From a virus, in IMG/VR virus record IMGVR_UViG_3300017760_000001, positions 32,001 to 96,000 of that record: 64,000 bases of DNA; one strand, given 5' to 3'. Positions 37,402-46,839 of this stretch are shown piece after piece. The position numbers were made by a program, and so were the translations under genes. Below the pieces are notes generated by a model that was not told the origin of the DNA, searched no databases, and saw nothing but the letters and a program-made list of their open reading frames with translations. Numbering within the stretch: the stretch's first letter is position 1; each line of letters opens with the position of its first letter.

Positions 37402-38961
37402 TTAGTATGTTCCACCGTCAATAGCAGTAAGTCTAACTCCGCCAGAGGTAACAGTAAACTGATTAGTTGATCCACCATCCGATTCAGCAATACCGTCAAA
37501 CTTAGCAACACCTACCACACTTGTAGTCGCAATATCAACATTAACCGTAAGTGTGTTTGCAGCGTCATCGTAAACAGAACCAATACTTTGACCATCTGTA
37601 AATAAAGTATTAACACGATCATCAATTGTTTCGGATAGATCATGAATCGTTGCTTCAACGGTTTTGTTGAATACCCATCTGTCGTTCGATCCATCATATG
37701 TAAGAGATGGTGGACTACTGAATGAAGATGAACCAATAATGATACCAGCACCATTAGCTGCTGTTCCATCATCTGCACTGTCAGCGAGGGTAAGAACAAG
37801 ATCATTAATTGTTACTTCAGTACTATTTATTGTTGTTGTAGTACCTTGAACAGTTAAATCACCTAGGATAACAACTTCACCCGAATCACCAACAGGGCCT
37901 GGATTCAAGAAAAGAGTTGATTCACCAGCGTCAGTTGTACTGATTGTGTTACCATCGATTCGAATATTGTCAACATCAACTTGAGTAAGTCCTGCCAGTG
38001 TGGTAGAGGTCGCACCAAGATCGATTTCGGTAGTACCGATTGTTAGACTGTCGTTCGCAAGTTTAACGTTGGTAACACCGCCGTCTTTAATACGGAGTAC
38101 ATCTGAGTTTGTCTCAATAGTAGCATCATCTACACCTACAGCGAGAGATACAGAAGCACCAAGAGCTACACTGCCACCGCCACTCAGACCATCGCCCGCA
38201 GTAACGGTTACTGCACTATTTGCGAGTTTGCCGTTTGCGATAGAACCAGCAAGTTGATCATTGGTGATCGTACCACTCAGAGATGAAGTTGGGTAACTAG
38301 TCGCATTTGTTAAGTCAAATGCTGGTTGAGCAACGGAGTCACCCAATGAAACACTTACACCGCCATACTTAACTGCTGTATTAGTCAAGTTATAAGTTAC
38401 TGTATCATTAGTGACAGCAGATGTTAGTCCAGTACCGCCAGCGAAGGTTAGATTAGTACCAGTAGTATATTTGTCAGAGTCGGCTGCATCATCCACCAGT
38501 GTGATGACCATAGACAGTGCGCCTGTCTGAGCGTCAACATATTCTTTGGTGGTTAATGAGTTAGTACCAAACCCAGTTCGGTCTTTGTATCCTACTGGAA
38601 CGGTTACTGTTGCTGTACCGTTTGGTGAAAGAGCTAATCCTACATTAGTATCGGTCACACTGATAGTGTTACCGTTAAATCTTAGACTATCAACATTCCA
38701 CGAGTCAACTTTAGAATTAGCATCTAGAACAACTGCTTTTCCGTTTGCTATTTGACCAGCAGTTGCACTCAATAAGTCAGTGTAATACTTACCACCGATG
38801 GCACTTATATTTGCAGCTTCACCGTTACCATTTTCAGATCCCCAACCGATAAATAATTTACCGCCAGTGGTTCCTTCCCAAGAATATGCCAGTTCACCAG
38901 CGCCAAGAGTGGATGGGGATACCGCAACTCCTGATCGTTTAATTTTAATCTCAGTTGCCAC
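37402..38961 (-). CDS. Fibre-like virion structural protein
   Basis: IKIKRS..L.AGELAY N-terminus, GDLTVQGTTTTINST, C-terminal IDGGTY; G/T/S-rich. Confidence 0.75.
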   Translation of the reverse strand: MATEIKIKRSGVAVSPSTLGAGELAYSWEGTTGGKLFIGWGSENGNGEAANISAIGGKYYTDLLSATAGQIANGKAVVLDANSKVDSWNVDSLRFNGNTISVTDTNVGLALSPNGTATVTVPVGYKDRTGFGTNSLTTKEYVDAQTGALSMVITLVDDAADSDKYTTGTNLTFAGGTGLTSAVTNDTVTYNLTNTAVKYGGVSVSLGDSVAQPAFDLTNATSYPTSSLSGTITNDQLAGSIANGKLANSAVTVTAGDGLSGGGSVALGASVSLAVGVDDATIETNSDVLRIKDGGVTNVKLANDSLTIGTTEIDLGATSTTLAGLTQVDVDNIRIDGNTISTTDAGESTLFLNPGPVGDSGEVVILGDLTVQGTTTTINSTEVTINDLVLTLADSADDGTAANGAGIIIGSSSFSSPPSLTYDGSNDRWVFNKTVEATIHDLSETIDDRVNTLFTDGQSIGSVYDDAANTLTVNVDIATTSVVGVAKFDGIAESDGGSTNQFTVTSGGVRLTAIDGGTY

Positions 38962-39218
38962 TAAAAGTTTCCTCCGTTAATGAACTGTTTTTCTAATGTT
39001 TTCGTTGCTTCGAAATTCTCTGAAGATGCATTGTAAACCAATACACTTCCGTCTTGTTTTGTGGTAGTGTCAACCCCTATTATATTGTTGATGTCGCCCG
39101 AAGATGTCCGAACATTGCTCACAGGTCTCCCGACTTTAAATGAGAATACTTTGGTTCCACCGCCAACCTTTACTTCGGTTACGGTATTCCCTCTACCTGT
39201 TCTTACATCTAGTGCCAC
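38961..39218 (-). CDS. Small structural protein
   Basis: DGSVLVYN..F, C-terminal INGGNF. Confidence 0.65.
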   Translation of the reverse strand: MALDVRTGRGNTVTEVKVGGGTKVFSFKVGRPVSNVRTSSGDINNIIGVDTTTKQDGSVLVYNASSENFEATKTLEKQFINGGNF

Positions 39219-39223
39219 TTTAT

Positions 39224-39580
39224 TTACCTAGTTACAGATGGGTTTACTTTTATTTTACCTTCTAGAATACGTTCTATAATCGTAACGCCATTTTCATCAT
39301 TAAACGACAACTCAACATCATACACATATCTTCCCGAAGTATTCAATGCATCAGTCTGAATATTAGTTAAAGCGAGAATAACTATACCATTACTTTTAGG
39401 ATCTTGAATAGTACAAGTAAATTCTACAGTATCATCTGCACCTGAGTTATAATTCCTCTTCATCTTAGAAGCGACTGTGTAACCAGTGAGGTCTTTTACG
39501 GAACCATCAGCTTCCTTTAGATGCATTTCAATTGCAACATCAGCGCCTTGATCGATTGAAAAGTCTTCGTAATTTGCCAT
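39224..39580 (-). CDS. Virion structural protein (Ig/BppU-like adaptor)
   Basis: IDQGAD, DLTGY, GRYVYDVE, RILEG..VNPSVTR. Confidence 0.75.
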   Translation of the reverse strand: MANYEDFSIDQGADVAIEMHLKEADGSVKDLTGYTVASKMKRNYNSGADDTVEFTCTIQDPKSNGIVILALTNIQTDALNTSGRYVYDVELSFNDENGVTIIERILEGKIKVNPSVTR

Positions 39581-39612
39581 AAACCTATTCTAAAAAGTAG
39601 TTTTCTTTGTTT

Positions 39613-39620
39613 TATTTATA
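39613..39620 (-). promoter_or_regulatory. Late promoter
   Basis: TATAAATA. Confidence 0.8.
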
Positions 39621-39633
39621 AGAATTGCAACCT

Positions 39634-40362
39634 TTATTTAGAACTAATTTCGGTTAATAAGTCTTCTCGGAAATCCTTACTTACCTCCCTACGATCATAG
39701 ATGTAAGAAATTGTGTGTCGCCAACACTTAGTTTTAGCTGCATGGTACATTAATTTTTCTGGTTCTCCGTAATGACCAAAGTATCCTGCTTTGAGTGACC
39801 ATCCTGGCTTATCTTGCATATACACAACCTCTTTCTTTTCAATGTCCCAGTATTTGAAATATCCCTCTCCAGTTTCACTCCACGTAAAGATAAGATTCCA
39901 AGCAGCTGCATTAGCGTTATTATGCCATGCGATATAACCCCCAGGCGGATAAACCGCATGTAGTGCATTATTCCTACAACCTAGGATATCCATTATACCA
40001 AGGTTAGTGCTGGATATATTTTTATACGCAAATTCTCTATATTTTATTTTTTCTGATGTCAATTTATAAGATGGGGAACGGTTTTTATCCAGAAAAATCG
40101 GTTTTTCTTTTTGATTAAATCTCAATTCATAACCATGTATAGTTTCAGGAAAACCATCATGTTTACGTCCCATAGAGATAATATCATGTAAATATTCATC
40201 ACTAACAAATTTATCGTCTGGATCTGCGTTTCCTGTAAGCATTGCGTTTTCTTTGAAACTATGAATATCTGAAGTGCGTGTAAGCAACGATTGATTTAAA
40301 ACTTCTAAAAGTTCTTCGTTTTCTACAGGTATAACTCGCATTCTATCATTATTTTCAATCAT
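39634..40362 (-). CDS. DSBH/2OG-Fe(II) oxygenase-like protein (HxN...H), paralog 2
   Basis: YPPGGYIAWHNNAN...MYHAAKTKCWR. Confidence 0.55.
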   Translation of the reverse strand: MIENNDRMRVIPVENEELLEVLNQSLLTRTSDIHSFKENAMLTGNADPDDKFVSDEYLHDIISMGRKHDGFPETIHGYELRFNQKEKPIFLDKNRSPSYKLTSEKIKYREFAYKNISSTNLGIMDILGCRNNALHAVYPPGGYIAWHNNANAAAWNLIFTWSETGEGYFKYWDIEKKEVVYMQDKPGWSLKAGYFGHYGEPEKLMYHAAKTKCWRHTISYIYDRREVSKDFREDLLTEISSK

Positions 40363-41153
40363 TATTTTTTCTTGCCTTTATCATCATTTGAATTAAAAAA
40401 ATGAAAATCTTTTTTAATACCACAAGAATAATGTCTTAACACTACTGGATTCTCTGGACGTGTTATTTCCCAGTTCCAAGCGTTGTAGTAGTTCCAACGC
40501 ATGTCATCATCAAATATACCGACTTTTAAATCTTTATATTTGGATTCTTTCTTTGTCAACCACCAGAGAGAGAACTGATCCCAAGCTTGAAGGGATTTTG
40601 CATATCCTTCTGGCCACCATTCTTTATCCATTTGTTTTTTGGTAAGTTCCCACCATTCATTTATAAATTCACGAACAATGGGTTTAGTCATATCGTAAAG
40701 ACAAACACCCCCACAGAGATCAAAATGAGTTCTTCCCTCATCGGGTGTATCAAAGTCATATTCAGCGTAAATATAATCTCTTTCTGGTGTGAGCGCAGAA
40801 AAAACGACATCGTGGTCTTTCATTTCATCCCAGATTGTAATAATGTCTTCATGTTCACATTGCATATCTGCATCAATATACATTGTGATGTCGTAAGGAG
40901 ATTGAGCCATGCCCCATAGTTTGGCACGGTAGTGATCATCACAAATTATAATATTGTCAGCTAATTCTCTACCGTAATCATCGATCATCCACTCTTCACA
41001 CACCAATGTAACATTGGCGTCCTCGTAGTAGTCTCTAATAGAATCTATTAGGTTGGTAGCGTAGATGTAAAAAGATCTCTTGCGAGAAGCAACAACTAAA
41101 AAACCTTTACTTTTTTGTTTCTTCTTCGGCACTCTCTTTCTCCTCATTAGCAA
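40362..41153 (-). CDS. GT-A fold glycosyltransferase
   Basis: SPYDITMYIDAD (DxD), CGGV, WDQFSL, RWN, HYS. Confidence 0.75.
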   Translation of the reverse strand: MLMRRKRVPKKKQKSKGFLVVASRKRSFYIYATNLIDSIRDYYEDANVTLVCEEWMIDDYGRELADNIIICDDHYRAKLWGMAQSPYDITMYIDADMQCEHEDIITIWDEMKDHDVVFSALTPERDYIYAEYDFDTPDEGRTHFDLCGGVCLYDMTKPIVREFINEWWELTKKQMDKEWWPEGYAKSLQAWDQFSLWWLTKKESKYKDLKVGIFDDDMRWNYYNAWNWEITRPENPVVLRHYSCGIKKDFHFFNSNDDKGKKK

Positions 41154-41589
41154 TGTATTCTTGAAGAATCATCATTGCATATAGATCAACTTCAACTTTG
41201 CTTTTAGCACGTCTAAGTTTTGCCTTGAGTTTTCTATTTTTACATTTTTTTATTTCTTCAACTTCAAAGGCTTCCATTTTATACCCAAAAAGTTTCTCTA
41301 ACGCACGTGCCTTTTCGTGTTCAATGTCACGAATTTTTTTCTCTTCTTTTTCGGCTTTCTTTCTTGTTAGACGTTCTTCGGTGTTTTTGGTGATAAGGTC
41401 TTCGCCTAGAACTTCAATAAGTTCTTCAAAATCCGAATTTAAATTCCCCGACTTGGTGAATTTTTTAAGTCGCATTACCTGTTCGACTTTTTTATCTTCA
41501 TCGTCAATGATTTGCAAAATGCAAGTCACGTCATCTTTGGTATCTGGTGCTTCCCAAAAAGCATTATCTAACCATTTTCTACTACTCAT
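41107..41589 (-). CDS. Hypothetical protein, charged helical C-terminus
   Basis: 160-aa ORF with AGGAG RBS. Confidence 0.7.
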   Translation of the reverse strand: MSSRKWLDNAFWEAPDTKDDVTCILQIIDDEDKKVEQVMRLKKFTKSGNLNSDFEELIEVLGEDLITKNTEERLTRKKAEKEEKKIRDIEHEKARALEKLFGYKMEAFEVEEIKKCKNRKLKAKLRRAKSKVEVDLYAMMILQEYIANEEKESAEEETKK

Positions 41590-41639
41590 CTCAATCTCCT
41601 AATTGTTTAATGATGATATTATATGTATGTAGTCTTTAA

Positions 41640-41855
41640 CTAAAGAGGGTCTCCATGAGTGTCTCTGATCCACTCATTGTCCGTACTCAGATGTTGTACG
41701 AAAAAATGGACAATTGTAGAATCTCCTCTTTTACTTTCTCTTAAAGTTTCAAATTCAACCATAGCGTCTGACCAACCTGTTTCTATTCTTAGATGTATGG
41801 TATCTTCTTGTTCCGAAGTTTCTAAATTTAATGAAGTGTATCCTATTTCTATCAT
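41640..41855 (-). CDS. Hypothetical protein
   Basis: 71-aa ORF overlapping the fibre stop (ATGA). Confidence 0.55.
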   Translation of the reverse strand: MIEIGYTSLNLETSEQEDTIHLRIETGWSDAMVEFETLRESKRGDSTIVHFFVQHLSTDNEWIRDTHGDPL

Positions 41856-43411
41856 GATGGGTCTTTACATCCTATTAACATTATTGTGCCGTCAAGAGCT
41901 GTTATTTTGTCGGTGCCTGATAAACTAGTTGGTTGGGTTGTATAGTATTTAAATTGAATCCTTACTTCACGATTTAAACTTGTCTTAGGGAACACTACCT
42001 TATGCCTTATTTGATCCATAAAATGAGATAAAGGTTGTATCGTGTGTTTTCTTACATAAGCAAAATTAAGCGCCCTCATTTCTGTATGCCAGAGACCAGA
42101 ACCTATAAATCCTGTAACATTGTAATAACAATCAAAACTTGTAGTTTGTCCAGCAGAAAGATTGGTGGCACCACCAAAATTATTATAATGAAACATACTG
42201 GATACTCTTATATAAGTTTTATCTTCTGATGCTACATAATAAATATTCGAAGAGTAGAAAGGGTATGAAGCTCCACTAGCGCTATTCCCAAACTTACCTA
42301 AACCAACCATTAATACATCTCGCAGATCTCCGCTGAATCTCCACAAGCCGGTGAACTGTGCTGGAGAACTTACAAATGTCCCTGGCCCTATATTAACAGA
42401 CTCAGTAGATGTCCCTTTTGATTTTAGTTGTATACCCACATTATAATCAGTAATCAGTCTGCTCGAACTAGAAGTACTTTGGACAATATAGTTCATATTA
42501 AAATCTAATATTGCTCTTTTTGGCCCAGCTGCTGGTTGAGGTATATAAAGCTCATGAATAATGTTTGTTCCACTGGTGCTAGCAATATTGAAGTTATCGC
42601 TGGAGGCACCTTTACCATTAACTTGAAAATTGTAAACCTCTGTAGCTCCATCTCCATCTGTGGGTTGATCTAACGTTACTGCATTTTTAAGTGTTATTTT
42701 GTGTGGGATGCCACTACCATTAATGCCTGAACCTATATTAATATTTTGAGTTGATGTAGCATTTATGTTTGTAGTACCGATATTAATATTACTAGTACCA
42801 CCAGTAGCTATATTGCCCCCAATATCGATTGTTTTGGTTTGCGACCCAGAAGTAGTACCAGAACCTAAAGAAACTGAATAAGTTGAAACACCTCTGCCGA
42901 TATTTATGTCACCTGAACTTGTTGTTGATCCTAAATTGATATCTCCAAAAAAGTTATCAACTGTAAGACCACCTGTAATATCAGTAGTACCATAGGTGGT
43001 TCCAATATTTATTAAAGTATTAGTAGTTGCAGGGCCGCCTTCTCTCCCAATATTAATTGTTTGAACCGCATTTCCTGCTAATGTGCCGCCAGCAATGTTA
43101 ATTGTATTTGAATCCTGACTTTTACCAACAGTGATAGTACCTGTTGTATTAGTAGAACCTAGAGAGATAGTATCTGATGCGGTAGACGGAGATACTTCTA
43201 GTTTTCCGTTTATCTGAGCGGAATCGTTGACGAGCAAAGCGTCAACATCTGCGTTGGTCAGATTTGATCCGACTTCGAATATATCATTACCACCACGAGA
43301 GTAAAGAACTCCATCTGCGGTGTTGAGGGCTAGTTCGCCTTCTACGATATTGTTGGTGTCAGGAGCATTACCAGACGTATTGCTCCGTTTGATTTTAATG
43401 GTGGATGACAT
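41852..43411 (-). CDS. Tail fibre / receptor-binding protein
   Basis: IKIKRS...EGELALNTADG.LY anchor, repeated (I)NIG beta-helix units, distinct C-terminal domain. Confidence 0.75.
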   Translation of the reverse strand: MSSTIKIKRSNTSGNAPDTNNIVEGELALNTADGVLYSRGGNDIFEVGSNLTNADVDALLVNDSAQINGKLEVSPSTASDTISLGSTNTTGTITVGKSQDSNTINIAGGTLAGNAVQTINIGREGGPATTNTLINIGTTYGTTDITGGLTVDNFFGDINLGSTTSSGDINIGRGVSTYSVSLGSGTTSGSQTKTIDIGGNIATGGTSNINIGTTNINATSTQNINIGSGINGSGIPHKITLKNAVTLDQPTDGDGATEVYNFQVNGKGASSDNFNIASTSGTNIIHELYIPQPAAGPKRAILDFNMNYIVQSTSSSSRLITDYNVGIQLKSKGTSTESVNIGPGTFVSSPAQFTGLWRFSGDLRDVLMVGLGKFGNSASGASYPFYSSNIYYVASEDKTYIRVSSMFHYNNFGGATNLSAGQTTSFDCYYNVTGFIGSGLWHTEMRALNFAYVRKHTIQPLSHFMDQIRHKVVFPKTSLNREVRIQFKYYTTQPTSLSGTDKITALDGTIMLIGCKDPS

Positions 43412-43501
43412 ATGTACCTCTGTTTGTTCAATCTCTATTTAGAGTTTATTTAAATCTTATCTTCCCTGTATATACAAGGTTTGCGATAGATAAAATCTTA
43501 C

Positions 43502-46500
43502 TTATGTTGTTCTTACATATAATGTATACGTTTGTATATTTTCGTAACCAGCTTGAATTGTTGATCCTATATAATTTCCAACATAACTTTCAAGTCTGGT
43601 ACTACTGAAAGTTCTTATAAAATCACCAGTATATACACCAGTGTAGTATTCGTACCTATTTCTAACTTGGGTGCTTTGATAATTTGCGGTTGCATCTAAT
43701 TCGTTGATGTAAGTTATTTCTGTGTCCCTTGTTGATGTAACAGATCTGTTAACTACTTTAGTACTTTGGAAATTACCAGTAAATGTTTTACTAACATAAT
43801 CTAGAGTGTTAACGGATGTCTGCCTAGTCGAAGTATATAGGTTGTTTGATTGACGATCAACTGAAATACTTGCAGTAGAATTACGAGTTCTATCCTTTAT
43901 AAAATCACCAGCAAATTGTCTAACATAATCACCAACAAAAGTCCCCACTGAGTCACCTTGTTCAACTATAGTACGAGTAGAGAGTCGTGTTCTGTTACCC
44001 TCCCTGACGCTAACTCTCTCACTTACGCTCGTAGCGGAATTTTGGAAGTTACCAATATAATCACCAGTGTATTTCGGAATGTAGTCACCAACAAAGTTTC
44101 CTTCAAAAGTTAAAGTACTTTCTTCGGTATAATCACCAATAAAATCACCAACAAAAACGCTACTAAAATTACCAGTATAAGTTACTTGCCTAGGTTTTAG
44201 AACAATGCTTTGAAAGTCGCCAACATAATTAGTTATTCTTGTGACGGAAGTTCTGGTCTGATCTCTCTCTTTTGTAATAGAATCTTTTGTTTCTCTAGCG
44301 TAAGCGACATCGGGTTCTCTCGTGTAGTTTGTTATAACATCGACCGATGTATGTCTTGTACTAATGTAAGTCTTATTTACTGTCACGTCTGCCGTACGTC
44401 TTACCGATTCATTAGTATATGCGACAAAACCTATATAACCACCAGTGTAACCTTCCAGTCTGAGGCCACCAGTGTAATCCCTTATGTAATTTCCTTCATA
44501 CGTTCTGACGTAATTACCAACGAAATACTGAGGGTCATAAAATGGAAGACCTACGTAGTTACCTACAAAAACATCTTCGCCAACATACGTTGAGGAGGGC
44601 CCGCCTGGGGCTGTGCGGTACACGAAACCTATATAGGAATCAGCGTAGTGAGGGTTGTCTGGAGTACCTGATACATAACTCCTACTACCTACGTAAGTTA
44701 TCGTCCCTTGCCCTGTGTACGATCCAGCGTTATCTTTCCTAAACCGAGTAAAATCAGGATAAGGAGCTGGGCCCAGAGTAAAGAATCCAATCTGTTTAGG
44801 ATCATCAAAATCAGCTGTATAACCGCCGGGAATATGCTTTATATACACTGCTCTGCCGGCAAAAAACCCACTTGGGTCTGTATCTGTGCTTGACCCGATC
44901 GCTTCATCAGCCTGCCATCCAGATTTAAGATAATTACCAGAATATACTGGGTCGCCCATGTTGGCGTCACGTACTCTACTGTAAGCTACCTGAGTCCTTT
45001 GAGTATAGTTGCCTGTATAGGTAATTGATGTAGCGACAGAATTAAGATAGTTCTGCGGAGGCAGTAAGTAGTTACCAATGAAATTAGCGATGAAGTCGCC
45101 AGTATAGTTACCAGTATATTGTCTAGTATAATTCCCAACAAAATCACCAATGAAGTCGCCAGTATAGTTACCAGTAAAATCTCTAACATAAACACCAGTA
45201 TAATCACCAACAAAATCTCTACTAAAATCACCAGTATAAGTTACTTGTCTATTCTGTTCATAGTTACCAATAAATTCCACTACACGTTCACGTGTACGTA
45301 CCAATTTTATTATTGGTGTTATTGTATTGCGTGTAGAAACAAAATTTGAAACTCTAGTATTAGTTACAGATGCGTAGTTACCTTCGAAATTAGCGCCACC
45401 ATAGTTACCAGCGAAATTAGTTGATCGATGGAATGTGAAATTACCAGTATAGTTACCAGTATAACCTATACCAGCGGTATATCCAATAAAATCACCAGTA
45501 TAGTCACCAGCGTAAGGATTACTGAATGTCAGACCAGTATAAGTTATTTCGTTTGGTTTTAGTACATTAACAGATCTATGTTTTATTATATTACGTGAAA
45601 AATTACCAGTATAAGATACTTGATATGTATCAGTATAATTACCAATGAAGTCGCCAATATAGTTACCTTCATATTGCCTAACATAATCCCCAGTATAAGC
45701 CCCAGTATAATCAATTTCAACAGAACCAATAAAATTACCCTCATATGCTGTTGTATATTCACCAGCAAAATTACCAATAAAATCACCCACAAATTCTTTT
45801 ATAAAATCACCAAGATAATCACCAACGAACAATCTGTTAAAAGTTTTACTTACAGGGAGTTCACGATTTTCGTCTCTCTCTCCGATAAAACCAGAGACTC
45901 TGGGTTTTAATTGATCAACATCTATTTTATTATTTCTTATGTCTGTCGCTGTACCTACTGATGCCCAAGTTCCTGTATCGGTAGGAACTCCTTGACCAGA
46001 ACTCCTCAATTGGTAAGTGCCTACATTGCCTTGTATGCCTCTTCGGTACTTACACCTTTTACCTATCACATAGGATAGATCATCAGCAGAGAGGGGTTTT
46101 ATTGATAGGTTTTCTGGATCAGTAATAGCTTGGGATACATTGTTTACACGGTCAAGTTTAGCGATATTACATGAAGTGGCGCCAGTTGGAATACTACCAG
46201 TAGTTCCTTTTTTTCTCCAAATATGATAAACTACACTAGTGCCGTCCGTTCTTCTATCGGTAAAGAGAGTGGTAGTTGTTCCACCGCCTCCAGTATTGAC
46301 TTTTTCGTAGGTTGGGTCATTAAATGTGGATGGTTCTAATCTGAGAGAACCAGCGTAATCGTTTTGTACGATAAGACCATTCATCTTATCAGCAAAGGTG
46401 TCTAAGTCAGTATCATTTATCTCATGAAGACCAAGTTTGTCATCAACTGTACCATAAACTAAAGGTCTATTGCGTATAGTTCCTTCTAGACTGGTATTCG

Positions 46501-46810
46501 GGTAACTTCCTGATTCAACAGTATTTAAATATGTTGTGGTACTGGTAATCGATATCGAAGATTCTGGATGAGTACCTACTTGTTCATTATATTTTGTATC
46601 TACATATGATCCTACTTCAAAAGTACCGCTTTGTGATTGAGTACCTGTTCTAAGTGTACCATAAGAATCGGAGACATCACGATATACATTGAGTTCAACA
46701 CCAGCAAGGTGAGCGACATACTTTTCTTCGGCCGCAGACAACCGTTGTAAATCACCTTTACCAATAGGCGTATTACCTTCCGTTATCTTGAGTAGTAAGT
46801 CTGTTGACAT
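43502..46810 (-). CDS. 1102-aa fibre-like protein with [FY]xG[DN] tetrapeptide repeats
   Basis: Dozens of YTGN/FIGD/FVGD units alternating with Arg/Thr-rich tracts; lies in the fibre cluster. Confidence 0.75.
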   Translation of the reverse strand: MSTDLLLKITEGNTPIGKGDLQRLSAAEEKYVAHLAGVELNVYRDVSDSYGTLRTGTQSQSGTFEVGSYVDTKYNEQVGTHPESSISITSTTTYLNTVESGSYPNTSLEGTIRNRPLVYGTVDDKLGLHEINDTDLDTFADKMNGLIVQNDYAGSLRLEPSTFNDPTYEKVNTGGGGTTTTLFTDRRTDGTSVVYHIWRKKGTTGSIPTGATSCNIAKLDRVNNVSQAITDPENLSIKPLSADDLSYVIGKRCKYRRGIQGNVGTYQLRSSGQGVPTDTGTWASVGTATDIRNNKIDVDQLKPRVSGFIGERDENRELPVSKTFNRLFVGDYLGDFIKEFVGDFIGNFAGEYTTAYEGNFIGSVEIDYTGAYTGDYVRQYEGNYIGDFIGNYTDTYQVSYTGNFSRNIIKHRSVNVLKPNEITYTGLTFSNPYAGDYTGDFIGYTAGIGYTGNYTGNFTFHRSTNFAGNYGGANFEGNYASVTNTRVSNFVSTRNTITPIIKLVRTRERVVEFIGNYEQNRQVTYTGDFSRDFVGDYTGVYVRDFTGNYTGDFIGDFVGNYTRQYTGNYTGDFIANFIGNYLLPPQNYLNSVATSITYTGNYTQRTQVAYSRVRDANMGDPVYSGNYLKSGWQADEAIGSSTDTDPSGFFAGRAVYIKHIPGGYTADFDDPKQIGFFTLGPAPYPDFTRFRKDNAGSYTGQGTITYVGSRSYVSGTPDNPHYADSYIGFVYRTAPGGPSSTYVGEDVFVGNYVGLPFYDPQYFVGNYVRTYEGNYIRDYTGGLRLEGYTGGYIGFVAYTNESVRRTADVTVNKTYISTRHTSVDVITNYTREPDVAYARETKDSITKERDQTRTSVTRITNYVGDFQSIVLKPRQVTYTGNFSSVFVGDFIGDYTEESTLTFEGNFVGDYIPKYTGDYIGNFQNSATSVSERVSVREGNRTRLSTRTIVEQGDSVGTFVGDYVRQFAGDFIKDRTRNSTASISVDRQSNNLYTSTRQTSVNTLDYVSKTFTGNFQSTKVVNRSVTSTRDTEITYINELDATANYQSTQVRNRYEYYTGVYTGDFIRTFSSTRLESYVGNYIGSTIQAGYENIQTYTLYVRTT

Positions 46811-46839
46811 TCAGTTACAACCTTTTGTGGGTTTCTATA

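Noticed and set aside
43436-43454. TCTAAATA/TTTAAATA late-promoter variants upstream of the fibre gene
   Set aside because: Plausible but non-consensus in an AT-rich spacer; not listed as features.
45080-45680. Repeated GAAGTCGCCAGTATAGTTACC-like DNA as a CRISPR array or DGR TR/VR pair
   Set aside because: Irregular spacing, fully explained by the protein's YTGDF repeats. No cas or reverse transcriptase gene in the window, and no long pair differing only at adenines was seen.
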